From contig ACYB01000035.1 of the NCBI GenBank assembly GCA_000175855.1, positions 1-32,000 of the forward strand: a DNA stretch of 32,000 nt. Direction: 5' to 3'. Below the pieces are notes generated by a model. The model was not told the DNA's origin and made no database searches. It saw only the letters and a list, made by a program, of their open reading frames with translations. Positions 18,673 through 30,669 of the stretch are shown in pieces; position 1 is the stretch's first letter; the number at the start of each line of letters is the position of its first letter. The stretch is from Raphidiopsis brookii D9. GTDB taxonomy: Bacteria; Cyanobacteriota; Cyanobacteriia; Cyanobacteriales; Nostocaceae. The translations under genes and the position numbers were made by a program.

Positions 18673-19827
18673 TCAATGAGCTGCAAACACCTTCACTGCA
18701 GCAGCAACACCAGTACCAGGAGTAAAGTTCTCATAACCCAACTCCCCAAGCACTACCTCCAATGAGGAGACACAACTAAGAATATCCCGATCGCTCACGA
18801 ATCCCAAATGACCAATACGAAAAATCTTGTTGGTCAAATGATCTTGTCCACCCGCTAAAGCAATGTCAAACCGCTTTTTCATCAGGGAGCGAATTTTATC
18901 TGCTTCCATCCCCGGTACTGATACCGCAGTAATCGCAGGACTAGCACATTCATCTGCTGCAAATAATGGCAAATTTAATGCCTTCATCGCTGCACGGGTG
19001 GCATTCTTTTGCCGCTCATGACGGGTAAAAATTGACTCTAAACCTTCCTTCTTCATCATCCCCAAGGTGGTATGCAATGCTACAATTAAATTTACTGGGG
19101 GAGTAAAGGGCGTAGTATTCTTAGCTGTGGATTTTCTATATTTTCCTAAATCTAAATAGAATTTTGGTAACTTGGCAGTTTTATACGCTTCCCATGCTTT
19201 GGTACTGACGGAAACAAATCCTAAACCCGGTGGTATCATATACCCTTTCTGAGAACCGGAAGCAACTACGTCTAGTCCTAATTCGTCTACTGCTACATTA
19301 TAGGCTCCTAAACTAGTAACGGCATCAACTATAATTAATGCCTCACCGTGTGCTTTTACATGGCTATTAATAGCTGCTAAATCATTAATTACTCCTGTGG
19401 AGGTTTCGCTATGGGTGATGATTACTGCTTTAATTTCCTTATTCGTGTCCGCTGCTAATATTTCCCCAAATTTATCTGGGTCTAGGGGTTTCCCCCACTC
19501 AGCAGTCACCACCTCTACTTTTAAACCAAATGCTTCTCCTACTTCTACCCAACGTTCGCCAAATTTGCCGTTATTACCCACTAATATGCGATCGCCTGGG
19601 GAGAGAAAGTTAATAATTCCTGCTTCTACTGCTCCTGTACCACTAACGTTAAGCATTAATACGTCATTGGTGGTTTGATGTAACCATTTTAGGTTTTCTG
19701 TGACTTCACCCATGATGTTGTTAAACTCCCCAGTTCGATGACCAATGGGATGTTTAGCTAATGCTAGTAAAGCTGCTTCTGGTACTGGAGTTGGTCCAGG
19801 AATCATCAACATTAATTTGTTTTCCAT
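18673..19827 (-). CDS. Alanine/serine-glyoxylate aminotransferase family (class V, PLP-dependent)
   Basis: MIPGPTPVPEAALLALAKHPIGHRTGEF, HSETSTGVINDL, DAVTSLGAYNVAVDELGLDVVASGSQKGYMIPPGL. Confidence 0.9.
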   Translation of the reverse strand: MENKLMLMIPGPTPVPEAALLALAKHPIGHRTGEFNNIMGEVTENLKWLHQTTNDVLMLNVSGTGAVEAGIINFLSPGDRILVGNNGKFGERWVEVGEAFGLKVEVVTAEWGKPLDPDKFGEILAADTNKEIKAVIITHSETSTGVINDLAAINSHVKAHGEALIIVDAVTSLGAYNVAVDELGLDVVASGSQKGYMIPPGLGFVSVSTKAWEAYKTAKLPKFYLDLGKYRKSTAKNTTPFTPPVNLIVALHTTLGMMKKEGLESIFTRHERQKNATRAAMKALNLPLFAADECASPAITAVSVPGMEADKIRSLMKKRFDIALAGGQDHLTNKIFRIGHLGFVSDRDILSCVSSLEVVLGELGYENFTPGTGVAAAVKVFAAH

Positions 19828-19926
19828 TATTTCTACCTTAATTGTTTATAACACTAACACCACTAATTTTTCGATTTTCCACGAACTCTCAATCATATCA
19901 TTGGTTGACTATATCTAAATAATTCT

Positions 19927-20811
19927 TTAACTTCCAAAAAGTTGCTTAATTGCTAATTCCGGATCTGGTTGTTTGACCAGGGACTCACCCACTAATATTG
20001 CTGATGCACCTGCTTTTTCTACTATACTGATGTCTTCTGGTGTGTGTATCCCCGACTCGCTAACTACTAAAATATTTCTTTCTTGGATTTGACTCCCTCT
20101 CTGTTTAAGTAGTTCACCACTGGTCCCCAAGTCAACGGAAAAATCTTCTAGGTTACGATTATTTATACCAATTAAATTTACTCCATCTAGTTTTAATACT
20201 CTGTCTAGTTCTTCTAAACTATGCACTTCAATTAATGCGGTCATTTTCAAACTTTTGGCAATCTTGATGAAATACTGCAAGTCTTGATCACTTAAAATTG
20301 CTGCTATCAGTAAAATTGCATCCGCACCATTGACTCTGGCCAGGTACATTTGATAGGGATAAATAATGAATTCCTTGCACAGTAATGGTAGATCTACTGC
20401 ACTACGAATCAATAATAGATTCTCAAAACTACCTTGAAAAAATTTGCTATCTGTCAACACCGAAAGACAACTTGCACCCCCTGCTACATAGGATTGGGCA
20501 ATTTCTAGAGGGTTAAAGTCTTTTCTTAATACCCCTTTGCTGGGAGATGCTTTTTTTACTTCTGCTATTAAGGCAGGTTTAATTTTACTTTCATGCAGTG
20601 CAGCTAAAAAATCACGGGTTGGGGGTGCAACCAAAACTTGCTTCTGCAGTTCCCTTAAAGGTACCTTTTCCCTTCTTTGTTCTACTTCTATCTCTTTTGA
20701 CCAAACTATTTCTTCTAAAATGTTATTTGGCGATGCATCCTTTAGGGCAACTTGGTAGCGCACTATAGAAACATCTATGGCGGGACTGGGAGAACGACGA
20801 CGTATTTGCAT
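19927..20811 (-). CDS. trpC: Indole-3-glycerol phosphate synthase
   Basis: [75 protein letters not shown]. Confidence 0.95.
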   Translation of the reverse strand: MQIRRRSPSPAIDVSIVRYQVALKDASPNNILEEIVWSKEIEVEQRREKVPLRELQKQVLVAPPTRDFLAALHESKIKPALIAEVKKASPSKGVLRKDFNPLEIAQSYVAGGASCLSVLTDSKFFQGSFENLLLIRSAVDLPLLCKEFIIYPYQMYLARVNGADAILLIAAILSDQDLQYFIKIAKSLKMTALIEVHSLEELDRVLKLDGVNLIGINNRNLEDFSVDLGTSGELLKQRGSQIQERNILVVSESGIHTPEDISIVEKAGASAILVGESLVKQPDPELAIKQLFGS

Positions 20812-20891
20812 GAAGTTAATACAGAAGAGAGTTTAACACGTGGGGGATGAGTTTTTTAAAACTAAACCATCCCCCCATATCACTGAATATT

Positions 20892-22322
20892 CTAGCTGGC
20901 GATCGCTCGTTTATAGGCCTCATCCAAAACTTCTGAAAGTGTGGGATGGGCATGAACTAGATAGGCTAGGTCTTTAACAGAGTGACGATAAGCTATGGCG
21001 GAGGATGCTTCATGAATCAAATCGGAAGCGTGTACACCGAAAATGTGTACGCCTAAGACTTCACCAGTATCTTGACGATAAATCACCTTGGCTATACCAT
21101 CTGCTTCGTTTTCTGCTAAAGCTTTAGAGTTACCTTTAAAGTAGCTTTTGGTAGTACCAATTTCAAAACCTTGAGCCAAACCTAATTCTTGAGCTGCTGT
21201 TTCTGTGAGACCCACATAACTAACTTCTGGATGGGTAAATGCAGCAGCGGGTATGCTGCGGTAATCCACCTTTTTGTTTCTACCGAGGATATTTTCCACT
21301 GCGATAATTCCCTGAGCGGAAGCAGCGTGAGCCAACATCATTTTACCATTAGCATCACCAATCGCATAGAGATTAGGAACAATTTCACTACCAGCAAGTA
21401 TGTGCATACCATCATTAACAGGAATAAAGTTCCGTTTATCCAGTTCCACACCCACGGTTTCTAAACCCAGATTTTTAGTGGCAGGAATACGCCCTGTAGC
21501 TACCAAGCAGGCATCTACCTCCAACACTTCCACATCTTCTTTAGTTTGGAAGTCTGCCAATTCAATCACCACCGGGGAACCGGGAATAATTTTCTTAGCG
21601 TAAATACCTACCTTAGTTTCAATATCCCGAGAAGTAATTAATACTCTTTCTGCTAGTTTGGCAATATCCCGATCAAATCCTGGCATTAAGATGTCCACAG
21701 CTTCAATCATTGTTACTTCAGAACCCAAAGCCGTATAAATATCGGCAAATTCCAACCCAATGTAACCACTACCAATAATAGCAATCCAATCAGGTAAAGA
21801 CTCTAATTTTACCCCTTGGTCACTGGTAAATACTGTTTTGCCATCTATTTCAATTCCAGGAGGGACAAAAGGAACCGAACCAGGAGAAAGAATAATATTT
21901 TGGGCGGTGATGATTTTTTCGCTTCCAGTTGTTACCACACTAACTTTTTGTGGACCAGCTAACTTTCCCCAACCTTTAATAATATCTACACCCAAACGTT
22001 TTAGACTATTAGTTAAATCCCCTTGTATTTTGCTAACAAGATTATTGGCGTGCTGGGCGATCGCATCTCGCTGAAAGGAGACTCCTCCCAACTGAATTCC
22101 CAAGGACTGAAGATGGTGAGCATCACGCAATTCGCGCACTTTTCCCGATGCTGCCAACAAAGCTTTAGAAGGGATGCAACCCCTATTGACACAGGTGCCA
22201 CCCATATCAGCTGCTTCAACAATAGCTGTTTTCAGACCATAATGGACAGCATGTAAAGCTGCACCATGTCCACCCACACCTGCGCCAACAATCACTAAAT
22301 CGTAATCAAATCCAGAACTCAC
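20892..22322 (-). CDS. lpdA: Dihydrolipoyl dehydrogenase
   Basis: [20 protein letters not shown], redox motif [17 protein letters not shown]-terminal [13 protein letters not shown]. Confidence 0.94.
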   Translation of the reverse strand: MSSGFDYDLVIVGAGVGGHGAALHAVHYGLKTAIVEAADMGGTCVNRGCIPSKALLAASGKVRELRDAHHLQSLGIQLGGVSFQRDAIAQHANNLVSKIQGDLTNSLKRLGVDIIKGWGKLAGPQKVSVVTTGSEKIITAQNIILSPGSVPFVPPGIEIDGKTVFTSDQGVKLESLPDWIAIIGSGYIGLEFADIYTALGSEVTMIEAVDILMPGFDRDIAKLAERVLITSRDIETKVGIYAKKIIPGSPVVIELADFQTKEDVEVLEVDACLVATGRIPATKNLGLETVGVELDKRNFIPVNDGMHILAGSEIVPNLYAIGDANGKMMLAHAASAQGIIAVENILGRNKKVDYRSIPAAAFTHPEVSYVGLTETAAQELGLAQGFEIGTTKSYFKGNSKALAENEADGIAKVIYRQDTGEVLGVHIFGVHASDLIHEASSAIAYRHSVKDLAYLVHAHPTLSEVLDEAYKRAIAS

Positions 22323-22470
22323 GTTAATCTCCCCACTGCTTTAAACTTAGTTACCTTTTCATTTTTCACCTGATCTCAAGTTACCATCGGGTAATTACTA
22401 AAAAGAGCAACCAGAAAAAATTTATCAACCGGTTGTTTAATTAAGAAGATGTGAATTTAAGACATTTTAC

Positions 22471-23379
22471 TCACGGGCAATTATGTCTAATCCAACCTAA
22501 AATCACCTGATTAACCAGTTCAGGTGACTCATCATGGGGACAGTGACCCACCTCTTGTAAATATAACACTTCTAACTTATCATTATACCTAGCAAATTCA
22601 GAAGCCAATTTAGGCGGGATAAATCTATCTTTTTCCCCCCAAATCAGCAGCATAGGAATGGTTAAATTGGGCAATATAGTCTTAGCGCTGGGACTAAATT
22701 CTGCACCAATAGAGGCTTTAAACAGGGCGATAAAAGCACGGGTAGAACCTCTATCTTGGGGTGGTCCTGCCAAAATATCAATTAACTCATCAGTGATAGC
22801 TTGGGGGTGGGCATAAGCAAGACCGGCCCAGCGTCTGAGAACAGCTGGTTGACGAATGAAATTGAATAGGGGTTTGAGCAACAAGGGAGAGGTGAATATA
22901 CCCTTAATTCCCCTGACCACAGGATGAAGAAAAGCTGGTAAAACCTCTTGTTCCAGATTGGGATCGGGTAAACTCATCATGACTATACCCTGAACCATAT
23001 CGGGATGAACTGCTGCTGCTACCAGAGTAACTAGGGAACCCAGAGAATTACCTATTAATATTACAGGATGATGGATAAAAGTCTGCCAAAAATCATAAAG
23101 TTGCTCCACCCACAAATTGACACTGTAATTAGCGGGAACCTTTTCGGAAGCGCCAAAACCCAGCATATCCAGAGCATAAACCGTGTGGTGTTTCCCCAAC
23201 ACCTGTAAATTATGTCGCCAATGACCAATAGAAGCACCAAAGCCATGTAGCAAGATTAAAGGAGTTGCAGTTTGGTGGTGATCCACAGGACGGATAAAAG
23301 TATAGCGGATTTGCCAACCTCTCCACACCCAATCTCTTTGGTTACCCACTCGTTTTTGCCAAGATAAAGCTGTTGTCAC
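22471..23379 (-). CDS. Alpha/beta-fold hydrolase
   Basis: LILLHGFGASIGHWRHNLQVL, nucleophile elbow IGNSLGS, LLIWGEKDRFIPP, HCPHDESPELV. Confidence 0.88.
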   Translation of the reverse strand: MTTALSWQKRVGNQRDWVWRGWQIRYTFIRPVDHHQTATPLILLHGFGASIGHWRHNLQVLGKHHTVYALDMLGFGASEKVPANYSVNLWVEQLYDFWQTFIHHPVILIGNSLGSLVTLVAAAVHPDMVQGIVMMSLPDPNLEQEVLPAFLHPVVRGIKGIFTSPLLLKPLFNFIRQPAVLRRWAGLAYAHPQAITDELIDILAGPPQDRGSTRAFIALFKASIGAEFSPSAKTILPNLTIPMLLIWGEKDRFIPPKLASEFARYNDKLEVLYLQEVGHCPHDESPELVNQVILGWIRHNCP

Positions 23380-23526
23380 AGGTCAACCCCCTGGAAACCG
23401 ATAAATAATCCCTTTACTATTGTAACTGTATCTTTGTCAACCGCAAGAGGAGGTCAAACCTATTCGTATCAACACGGTATTTTTATACAGACAGGCGATC
23501 GCTGTTTACTTGTAGTGTATCATGCT

Positions 23527-25422
23527 TTAATGGTGGAAATAAGAAAAAATTTGCTGTGCTAATTTCAATCCAATTCCGGGAGGTTCTGCTAATTGCTGAA
23601 CTGTTGCTTGACGAATATAATCAATAGTGCGAAAATGAGCCAATAATAGCTTCTGTCGATGGGCACCCAAACCAGGGATTTCATCTAAACAAGACCTTTG
23701 CCATTGATTACTTCTCTGTTGACGATGAAAACCTATAGCAAATCGATGAGCTTCATCCCTAAGTCTTCTTAACAGTTGCAGACCCGGTTGCTCTGTTTGG
23801 GTTATCAAAGGTTGAGACTCATCTGGTAAAAATATTTCTTCTCTTTTTTTGGCCAAACTAATTACTTGTAAATCCTTTAACAAGTCAACTTCTTGTAAAA
23901 TGTTGACAACCGCAGATAATTGACCCTTACCCCCATCAATCATAATTAAATCTGGCCAGTCATCATTTCCCTGTCTTGGCAATTGGGGATTTTCAATGTA
24001 CTTTCTGAATCTACGATAAATAACTTCCGCTAAACTGGTAAAATCATCAGAGTGACCAATAGTAACATTAGGGTTTTTAATTTTATAGTGACGGTAATAT
24101 TGTTTAGCTGGTAAGCCATCAATAAACACTACTTGGGAACCTACCGCATTACTACCTTGAATATGGGAAATATCGTAACCTTCAATCCGATGAGGTAAAT
24201 CTAATAAACCAAGAATTTCTGCCAAATCTTCCAGACATTTTTGATTAACCTCACCCATTTTTTGCATTCTTTTTAATTCATACTGAGCATTTTTCTCTAC
24301 CATCTCAATTAATTCTGCCTTAGTTTGTCGCAAAGGAGTAATAATATTCACCTTTTTGCCTTTACGTTGCCTAAGAAAATCAGCTAAAATATCTCCATGA
24401 GGTAATTTATGTTGCACCAATATTTCCGGGGGAATTTCCACACTATCTGCAGTTTGATAGTGTTCTTCTAAAACCCGCTGTAAAATTTCCCCTGGTTCAG
24501 CATGAGCATTGGCTATAAAAGCTAATCTTCCTACTAATTTGCCAGCACGAATTTGAAATAACTGAATATGGGCTTGTTGATTGTCTGTAGCTAAAGCAAC
24601 CGCATCTCGGGAAACTGTATCATCTGGTAGGGATACTTTCTGACGAGCAGTTAGGGATTTTAAACCAATAATTTGATCTCTAATTCCAGCAGCAGCTTCA
24701 AAATTTAATTCACTGACTGCGGTTTCCATTTGTAATGTTAAAATATCAATTAGTTCCTCCGTTCTTCCCTGAAATACCATAGCCACTTTTTCTACAACTT
24801 TATGGTAGTCTTCTACAGAAACTAACTTTTGACATACTCCCGGACAGCGACCAATATCATAATTTAAACAAGGACGATCTTTAAATAAGGGTTGAGGTCT
24901 TTGTCGCATGGGAAATATCTGTTGGCATATATGTAAAACTTCCCGCAATAGGGTTGAGTCTGTATAGGGTCCATAATATTTATCCTTGTGTGGTCTATCT
25001 CCTTGAAGTTTTTGTGTTCCCCGTTGACGTTTACGGGTGATAAACAGTCGCGGATATTCTTCTGACCAGGTGATACATAAGTAGGGATATTTTTTATCAT
25101 CTTTAAGTAGAACGTTAAAATAGGGTTGGTGCTGTTTGATTAAATTTGCTTCTAATGCTAGGGCTTCCGCTTCTGTGTCCGTAAGGATAAATTCAATATC
25201 TGTTATCTGCTGCACCATTGTGTTGATGCGTTGGGTTTTATTTGTGTAATCCCTAAAATAAGAACGTACTCGAGAACGTAATTTTCGTGATTTACCAATA
25301 TATATAATGGTATCCCTGTCATCTCGCATCAAATAAACCCCTGGTCCTAGGGGGATTTCTGATAAGCGACCTTCCAGTTGCTCAGGGTTTTTTACCAGGG
25401 GTAAGCTGCTCTGACTACTCAA
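23527..25422 (-). CDS. uvrC: Excinuclease ABC subunit C
   Basis: [74 protein letters not shown]. Confidence 0.96.
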   Translation of the reverse strand: MSSQSSLPLVKNPEQLEGRLSEIPLGPGVYLMRDDRDTIIYIGKSRKLRSRVRSYFRDYTNKTQRINTMVQQITDIEFILTDTEAEALALEANLIKQHQPYFNVLLKDDKKYPYLCITWSEEYPRLFITRKRQRGTQKLQGDRPHKDKYYGPYTDSTLLREVLHICQQIFPMRQRPQPLFKDRPCLNYDIGRCPGVCQKLVSVEDYHKVVEKVAMVFQGRTEELIDILTLQMETAVSELNFEAAAGIRDQIIGLKSLTARQKVSLPDDTVSRDAVALATDNQQAHIQLFQIRAGKLVGRLAFIANAHAEPGEILQRVLEEHYQTADSVEIPPEILVQHKLPHGDILADFLRQRKGKKVNIITPLRQTKAELIEMVEKNAQYELKRMQKMGEVNQKCLEDLAEILGLLDLPHRIEGYDISHIQGSNAVGSQVVFIDGLPAKQYYRHYKIKNPNVTIGHSDDFTSLAEVIYRRFRKYIENPQLPRQGNDDWPDLIMIDGGKGQLSAVVNILQEVDLLKDLQVISLAKKREEIFLPDESQPLITQTEQPGLQLLRRLRDEAHRFAIGFHRQQRSNQWQRSCLDEIPGLGAHRQKLLLAHFRTIDYIRQATVQQLAEPPGIGLKLAQQIFSYFHH

Positions 25423-25482
25423 GTTAATTAATCAGTTAATTGATTCTAAGATATTTTACATTGGTATTTTAACTTAATTTGG

Positions 25483-25905
25483 GTGATTATGGCACGATTG
25501 CTTTTTGGAGGTATTTTAACTTTATTAGTTTTGTCTATAACTGCATGTAGTAGTCTTGTATTAATTCCAACTTATGAGTTAGTTGTCAAAGCGGTCAATA
25601 TGCAGCTAGAACAAGCTCAGCAGGATCTGGAACAAAAACTAGATTTGGATTTTGAAGGGTTTACTGTGGAACATTTGGTAATTAATCAGCAACAAGCTCT
25701 CGCAATTGAAAATTTACCGGGTTATCATCTGGAAGGAGTTTATGATTTGAAGGTTAAATTACCAACTAGACAAATCGCTCAATCGCACAACCATTTTAAT
25801 ATCTATTTACAAATTCAGAAGGAAGGTAAAAGCTGGAGACTACTCATACCTGAGAAAAGTGGGGAAAAGCAACCATTGGTTTGGCGTGGTTATTTAATTA
25901 TATGA
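25483..25905 (+). CDS. Hypothetical lipoprotein (140 aa)
   Basis: Lipobox-like LSITAC after a hydrophobic N-terminus (MARLLFGGILTLLVLSITACSS). Confidence 0.6.
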   Translation: MIMARLLFGGILTLLVLSITACSSLVLIPTYELVVKAVNMQLEQAQQDLEQKLDLDFEGFTVEHLVINQQQALAIENLPGYHLEGVYDLKVKLPTRQIAQSHNHFNIYLQIQKEGKSWRLLIPEKSGEKQPLVWRGYLII

Positions 25906-25994
25906 GTTATTTCTGGAGTTTGGATTGTCTAAACTCACATATTTGTGGTTTCACCTCTACCGTTTGAGGAGGTATTAAAAACTAGAAAATATAT

Positions 25995-26945
25995 TTATAG
26001 CTCTCTTTTGCAGTACATCACTAATAGAATCAATATTGCCAATCCCGCTAAATACTTAACTGGATCTGGTATTATGGGGTTAGGAGAGAAAAACCCCTCA
26101 ATTATTCCAGCAACAATTAGTAATGGGACAATTCCAAAGACCAATTGTGCAGCGAGGGAACTGTAATATTTAATTGCTTCCACACGTAAATATTTACCAG
26201 GAAAGAGAATTCCTCTACCTAATAATAGACCTGCTGCTCCTGCAAAAAATATGGCAGGTAATTCCAGGGCACCATGGGGAAATACAAAAGCCCAAAATGG
26301 ATAGGCTAGATTATTTTCACCCACTAAAGTAGCAATAGAGCCAATCAATAATCCATTGAATACTAATATGTAAATAGTGAATAGTCCCCCCGTAATTCCC
26401 CCAGCAACAGCAGAAAATGAAACAGAAATATTATTAATCATAATATTACTGGATGCTAGGGGTTCCATACCGACTATGGAACCCATCCATAACTCACCCC
26501 GATCTCGAACTTGGGAGATTAAACTCTCAGGTACCAGTAGGGACATAAACCTGGGATCTTGCCAACTATACCACCAACCTACTAACATCCCTAGGATGAA
26601 TAGTGCTGTAGCAGTAATGATATAGGTAAAGGTCTGCTGTACTACAGCTGGAAATCCCCAATGGTAGAACTGTATGACTGCTTCCCATTCTTGTTTTCGA
26701 GAACCTTGGTAAATTTGTGTATAAGCACGGGTTGCTAGGAGTTGTAGACTTTGAACTAAAGTACGGGACACGTTGTAGGTGCGTGCCCGTGCTAAGTCAG
26801 CTGTTATAGACCGATAAAGACTAGCCAGCTCTCTAATTTCTGATGATTTCAGAGACCTTAGTCTTTTTAGCTCTATTTTGCTCAAAAGGGAGTCTAACCG
26901 TTGCCAATTTTCTTCCCTTGTGCCAATCCAACGTTTAATATTCAT
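25995..26945 (-). CDS. Stage II sporulation protein M (SpoIIM)-like membrane protein
   Basis: 316 aa. Conserved-looking ENNLAYPFWAFVFPHGALELPAIFFAGAAGLLLGRGILFPGKY. Confidence 0.82.
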   Translation of the reverse strand: MNIKRWIGTREENWQRLDSLLSKIELKRLRSLKSSEIRELASLYRSITADLARARTYNVSRTLVQSLQLLATRAYTQIYQGSRKQEWEAVIQFYHWGFPAVVQQTFTYIITATALFILGMLVGWWYSWQDPRFMSLLVPESLISQVRDRGELWMGSIVGMEPLASSNIMINNISVSFSAVAGGITGGLFTIYILVFNGLLIGSIATLVGENNLAYPFWAFVFPHGALELPAIFFAGAAGLLLGRGILFPGKYLRVEAIKYYSSLAAQLVFGIVPLLIVAGIIEGFFSPNPIIPDPVKYLAGLAILILLVMYCKREL

Positions 26946-27076
26946 TAAATTTACGGTACTGGTGTGAATTTAGTTTAATATACTCTTACTCTCAATAATA
27001 CCGTCCATGTTCTCTGTTGCAAATTGCTCACCGTGGTCTGAATCTAGTAGTTAATTGGAATATTTTATATTAATTT

Positions 27077-27937
27077 ATGCCTGAGAATAGAGGTTTTTAC
27101 ACCACCGCACAGGTTTTAACAGTGGGAAATGTAGTTAGTGCATCGGTTCGCTTATATCGTTCCCATTTTAAAGATTATTTTTTGCTTTCTTTCAAAGCTT
27201 GGCTATGGATATTTGTACCAATCTACGGTTGGGCCAAATTTTATGCTTTATCAGCTCTGATTAGTCGTTTAAGTTTTGGTGATTTGGTTAACCAACCAGA
27301 AAGTGTTGATTCAGGTGAACGATTTGTTAATTCCCGATTGTGGCAGTTTTTGGGCACATTGATTTTAATGTTGTTCATCTACTTTGGGATTATTGTTAGT
27401 TTTGTTATTCTAGGATTTTTGTTGGTGTTTATTACTGCGGCAATTTTGGGTGGGTTAGACATTCAGAATCCCACTAATAATGGTACTTGGTGGGTTCTGA
27501 TCTTTCTCCTAGTTCTTCTGTTGGCTATTGTCGCTATTGTAGGATCTATCTGGTTAGAAATTCGGTTTTTTCTGGTAACTCTCCCCCTAGCAATTGAGGA
27601 AAATGTGGATGCTACCTCTACTATTGGTCGCAGCTGGGAGTTAACTAAAGGTCATGCATGGAGAATATTCCTCATCCTTTTTGTAGCTTCTTTAATCACT
27701 TTACCAATGCAAATTTTATTACAAATTATTTCCTTTATAGTTCAGGGAATATTGGAGTTTAGACCCGACAATAATCCCCTCCTTAATAGTTTACTGCTTC
27801 TCTTGTTTTTTGCTATGTTTATAGGTGGTAGTGCCCTAATTTTACCTTTTTGGCAATCTCTCAAAGCTGTAATTTATTATGACTTACGCAGTCGTCGCGA
27901 AGGATTGGGTTTAAAGTTACGAGAACGGGAAATTTAA
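27077..27937 (+). CDS. Multi-pass membrane protein (glycerophosphodiesterase membrane-domain-like)
   Basis: 286 aa with several TM segments and FFLVTLPLAIEENVDATSTIGRSWELTKGH. Confidence 0.6.
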   Translation: MPENRGFYTTAQVLTVGNVVSASVRLYRSHFKDYFLLSFKAWLWIFVPIYGWAKFYALSALISRLSFGDLVNQPESVDSGERFVNSRLWQFLGTLILMLFIYFGIIVSFVILGFLLVFITAAILGGLDIQNPTNNGTWWVLIFLLVLLLAIVAIVGSIWLEIRFFLVTLPLAIEENVDATSTIGRSWELTKGHAWRIFLILFVASLITLPMQILLQIISFIVQGILEFRPDNNPLLNSLLLLLFFAMFIGGSALILPFWQSLKAVIYYDLRSRREGLGLKLREREI

Positions 27938-27940
27938 ACC

Positions 27941-28717
27941 ATGCACTTATTCAACAAAGTCAAATTTAATACTCCCGAAAGTGTGGAGCTGGAATTTACC
28001 TTAGCTGGTATAGGAAGTCGCGCTTGGGCTTTTTTAATTGACTATTTGGTTTTGACTACCACTTTAATTTTAGTAGTCATTGCTTGGGTATTTATCTTCA
28101 GTCAATTAGTTACATCAGAAATTTTAGACTCAGCTTTTGGTTTATGGATATGGGCGATCGCATTCCTGACTATTTTCACCATTTATAGTGGCTATTTTGT
28201 CTTTTTTGAGACTTTATGGCAAGGACAGACTCCTGGTAAACGCATGGCTAAAATCCGGGTAATCAGAGATGATGGTAGACTAGTCGGACTGCAACAGTCG
28301 GTATTGCGAGCTTTACTCCGTCCTGTGGATGAGTTTTTTTTCATCGGTGCTTTTTTAATCATCTTAGCTAAGAATGAAAAGCGTTTGGGTGATATGGTTG
28401 CTGGAACTATAGTAATTCAGTCTGAAACAGAAAATAAAGTTGTCAACTTAACTATTTCTGAAGAAGCGAAGTTGCTTTATGTCAAGCTGGAGCAAACCTG
28501 TGACCTATCCCAATTGTTTCCCGACGATTTTGCCGTGATTCGTGAGTATTTAAAACAGCGTGGAGGTATGTCTTATAAAGCTAAAGCTTCTTTATCCCTC
28601 AAATTGTCCCAGCAGGTTCAGTCCATAGTTAATTTACCAGTTTTGCCCGGTGATATGTCAGCTGATGTGTTTTTAGAAGCTGTTTATCTAGCATATCAAA
28701 AATTGGAATTTGTTTAA
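27941..28717 (+). CDS. RDD family membrane protein
   Basis: GIGSRAWAFLIDYLVLTTTL, WQGQTPGKRMAKIRVIRDDG, LRALLRPVDEFF. Confidence 0.9.
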   Translation: MHLFNKVKFNTPESVELEFTLAGIGSRAWAFLIDYLVLTTTLILVVIAWVFIFSQLVTSEILDSAFGLWIWAIAFLTIFTIYSGYFVFFETLWQGQTPGKRMAKIRVIRDDGRLVGLQQSVLRALLRPVDEFFFIGAFLIILAKNEKRLGDMVAGTIVIQSETENKVVNLTISEEAKLLYVKLEQTCDLSQLFPDDFAVIREYLKQRGGMSYKAKASLSLKLSQQVQSIVNLPVLPGDMSADVFLEAVYLAYQKLEFV

Positions 28718-28749
28718 TCGCTGCTTAGTCACCATTTCCCCCTACCTCC

Positions 28750-29538
28750 TTAAAACGTGAAACTGGCCCAGTTTGGTTGACGATAATAATGGGTCATATC
28801 ATCAAACTTTCTTACCTCAGCTTGACTGACCAAAATTTCTGAGAAATTTAATAGCCAATGTTGATTTAATTCCGATAATAAATTACTCAGATTAACCCGG
28901 TCTAAGTTAGCAGGGATTTCACTAAAATAACCTAACGTAATATGGGCTGTGAAGTGATAGTGCTGTTCAATGCCGAGTCCCATTAATTTGCGATTTTGAT
29001 AAATTAGTCGTCGTAGTTGAATAATTTCTTCGTATGAGCGTTGATCCTTTGGGATTAAACCCAATGCTATAGCTCTAGGCATTACTATTAGTCCTAAGAC
29101 TTGCCAGGAAATAGGACCTTGCAATGAACTACGCGATTTTTGGTACTGACCAAACAAGTCTCCCAGGTGAGAGTTTAGTTCTTTTTCAAACTGGGGATTT
29201 TTCTCACAGGCGTGAATAAATGCATGATCCCAAATCAAATCTGCTAAAGTAAGATGAAAACTGCTCACCGGTAAGGGTACAATCAAATCGGAAGCAATTG
29301 ATAACTCTAACAGCGATCGCCTAAAAGTCTCTATTTGGTGGTAAAAGTCAGCATTGTGCGGATCTTCACCTGCTGGTGGAGTAATCAGGGTATAACCGGG
29401 AAAGGGGGTTGCTCTGAGGACACCATCTACAGACCGGAATTTAGAGGATTCCTGGATATGTTGAACCTGGGTTCTGAAAGAATCTGGTAGCGTCATTCTC
29501 GCTAACCGATTTAAGTAGGTTTGGTAGTTGTCGTCCAA
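28750..29538 (-). CDS. DUF1868-like (2H-phosphoesterase-type) protein
   Basis: FPGYTLITPPAGEDP, SSFHLTLADLIWD, HYHFTAHITLGYF: paired HxT-like motifs. Confidence 0.7.
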   Translation of the reverse strand: MDDNYQTYLNRLARMTLPDSFRTQVQHIQESSKFRSVDGVLRATPFPGYTLITPPAGEDPHNADFYHQIETFRRSLLELSIASDLIVPLPVSSFHLTLADLIWDHAFIHACEKNPQFEKELNSHLGDLFGQYQKSRSSLQGPISWQVLGLIVMPRAIALGLIPKDQRSYEEIIQLRRLIYQNRKLMGLGIEQHYHFTAHITLGYFSEIPANLDRVNLSNLLSELNQHWLLNFSEILVSQAEVRKFDDMTHYYRQPNWASFTF

Positions 29539-29643
29539 TCTTGTTACCCTCGCAATCTTCTTGATAGATTCTAGAAAAAATTACCTGATCTCAGCAATTT
29601 TTTATTTAATCACAGTTTAAACCCCCTCACACTCTGCTCAACC

Positions 29644-30669
29644 ATGCCAATCTATATCTATTGGGGTGAAGATGATTTTGCTATAGAAAAGGCAGTTACC
29701 TTACTGCGCGATCGCATTCTTGACCCCTTATGGACTAGTTTCAATTATACTACTTTTCTCCCTGACCAGGGGGATTCTGTAATTCAGGCCCTGAATCAAG
29801 TGATGACACCCAGTTTTGGAGCTGGTGGGAGGTTGGTTTGGTTGATTAACTCCAACTTGTGTCAAAATTGTCCAGAGAATATATTCTCGGAACTGAAACG
29901 CACTTTACCCGTGATACCAGAAAGTTCCTTTTTGCTGGTGACTAGTCCTAATAAACCCGATGAACGTCTCAAGTCCACAAAACTACTCAAACAATTTGCT
30001 GATTTCCGGGAGTTTTCGCTCATCCCACCCTGGAAAACTGAATTATTAGTCCAAGCTGTGAATCAAGCTGCTCAAGATGTTGGTATCAAACTAAAACCAC
30101 AAGTTGCTGAAACTTTGGCGGAATCTATTGGTAATGATAGCCGACTTCTCCACACAGAAATGGAAAAATTGCGTCTTTATTTAGCTAGTAGTAATCATCC
30201 ACTGAATAGTGCAATTGTAACCCAACTAGTCAGAAATACCACTCAAAACACCCTTCAATTAGCTGCAGCCATTAAAATCGGTGATTCGGCCGAAGCATTG
30301 GGCATTTTAGGAGATTTAATTGGTGCTGCTGAACCGGGACTAAGAATAGTTGCTACCCTCACGGGTCAATTCCGTACTTGGCTATGGGTAAAAATGATGA
30401 TGGAATCGGGAGAGCGCAATCCTCAGGCGATCGCCCAGGGTGCGGAGGTCAGCAATCCTAAGCGGACTTACTTCTTACAGCAAGAAGTCAAATCTCTATC
30501 TGTAGAACAGCTTGTTTTCTCCTTACCCATACTGTTGGAATTAGAAGTTAGTCTCAAGCAAGGAGCTTCGGAGATCCCTACCCTCCAAACTAAAGTAATT
30601 GAACTTTGCCAACTATATCAGAAATCCGGAACTTTTCAACCTGAAAATAAATCAAATCTACTAACATAA
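29644..30669 (+). CDS. holA: DNA polymerase III subunit delta
   Basis: MPIYIYWGEDDFAIEKAVTLLRDRIL, LKQFADFREF, AETLAESIGNDSRLLHTEMEKLRLY, LTGQFRTWLWVK. Confidence 0.88.
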   Translation: MPIYIYWGEDDFAIEKAVTLLRDRILDPLWTSFNYTTFLPDQGDSVIQALNQVMTPSFGAGGRLVWLINSNLCQNCPENIFSELKRTLPVIPESSFLLVTSPNKPDERLKSTKLLKQFADFREFSLIPPWKTELLVQAVNQAAQDVGIKLKPQVAETLAESIGNDSRLLHTEMEKLRLYLASSNHPLNSAIVTQLVRNTTQNTLQLAAAIKIGDSAEALGILGDLIGAAEPGLRIVATLTGQFRTWLWVKMMMESGERNPQAIAQGAEVSNPKRTYFLQQEVKSLSVEQLVFSLPILLELEVSLKQGASEIPTLQTKVIELCQLYQKSGTFQPENKSNLLT

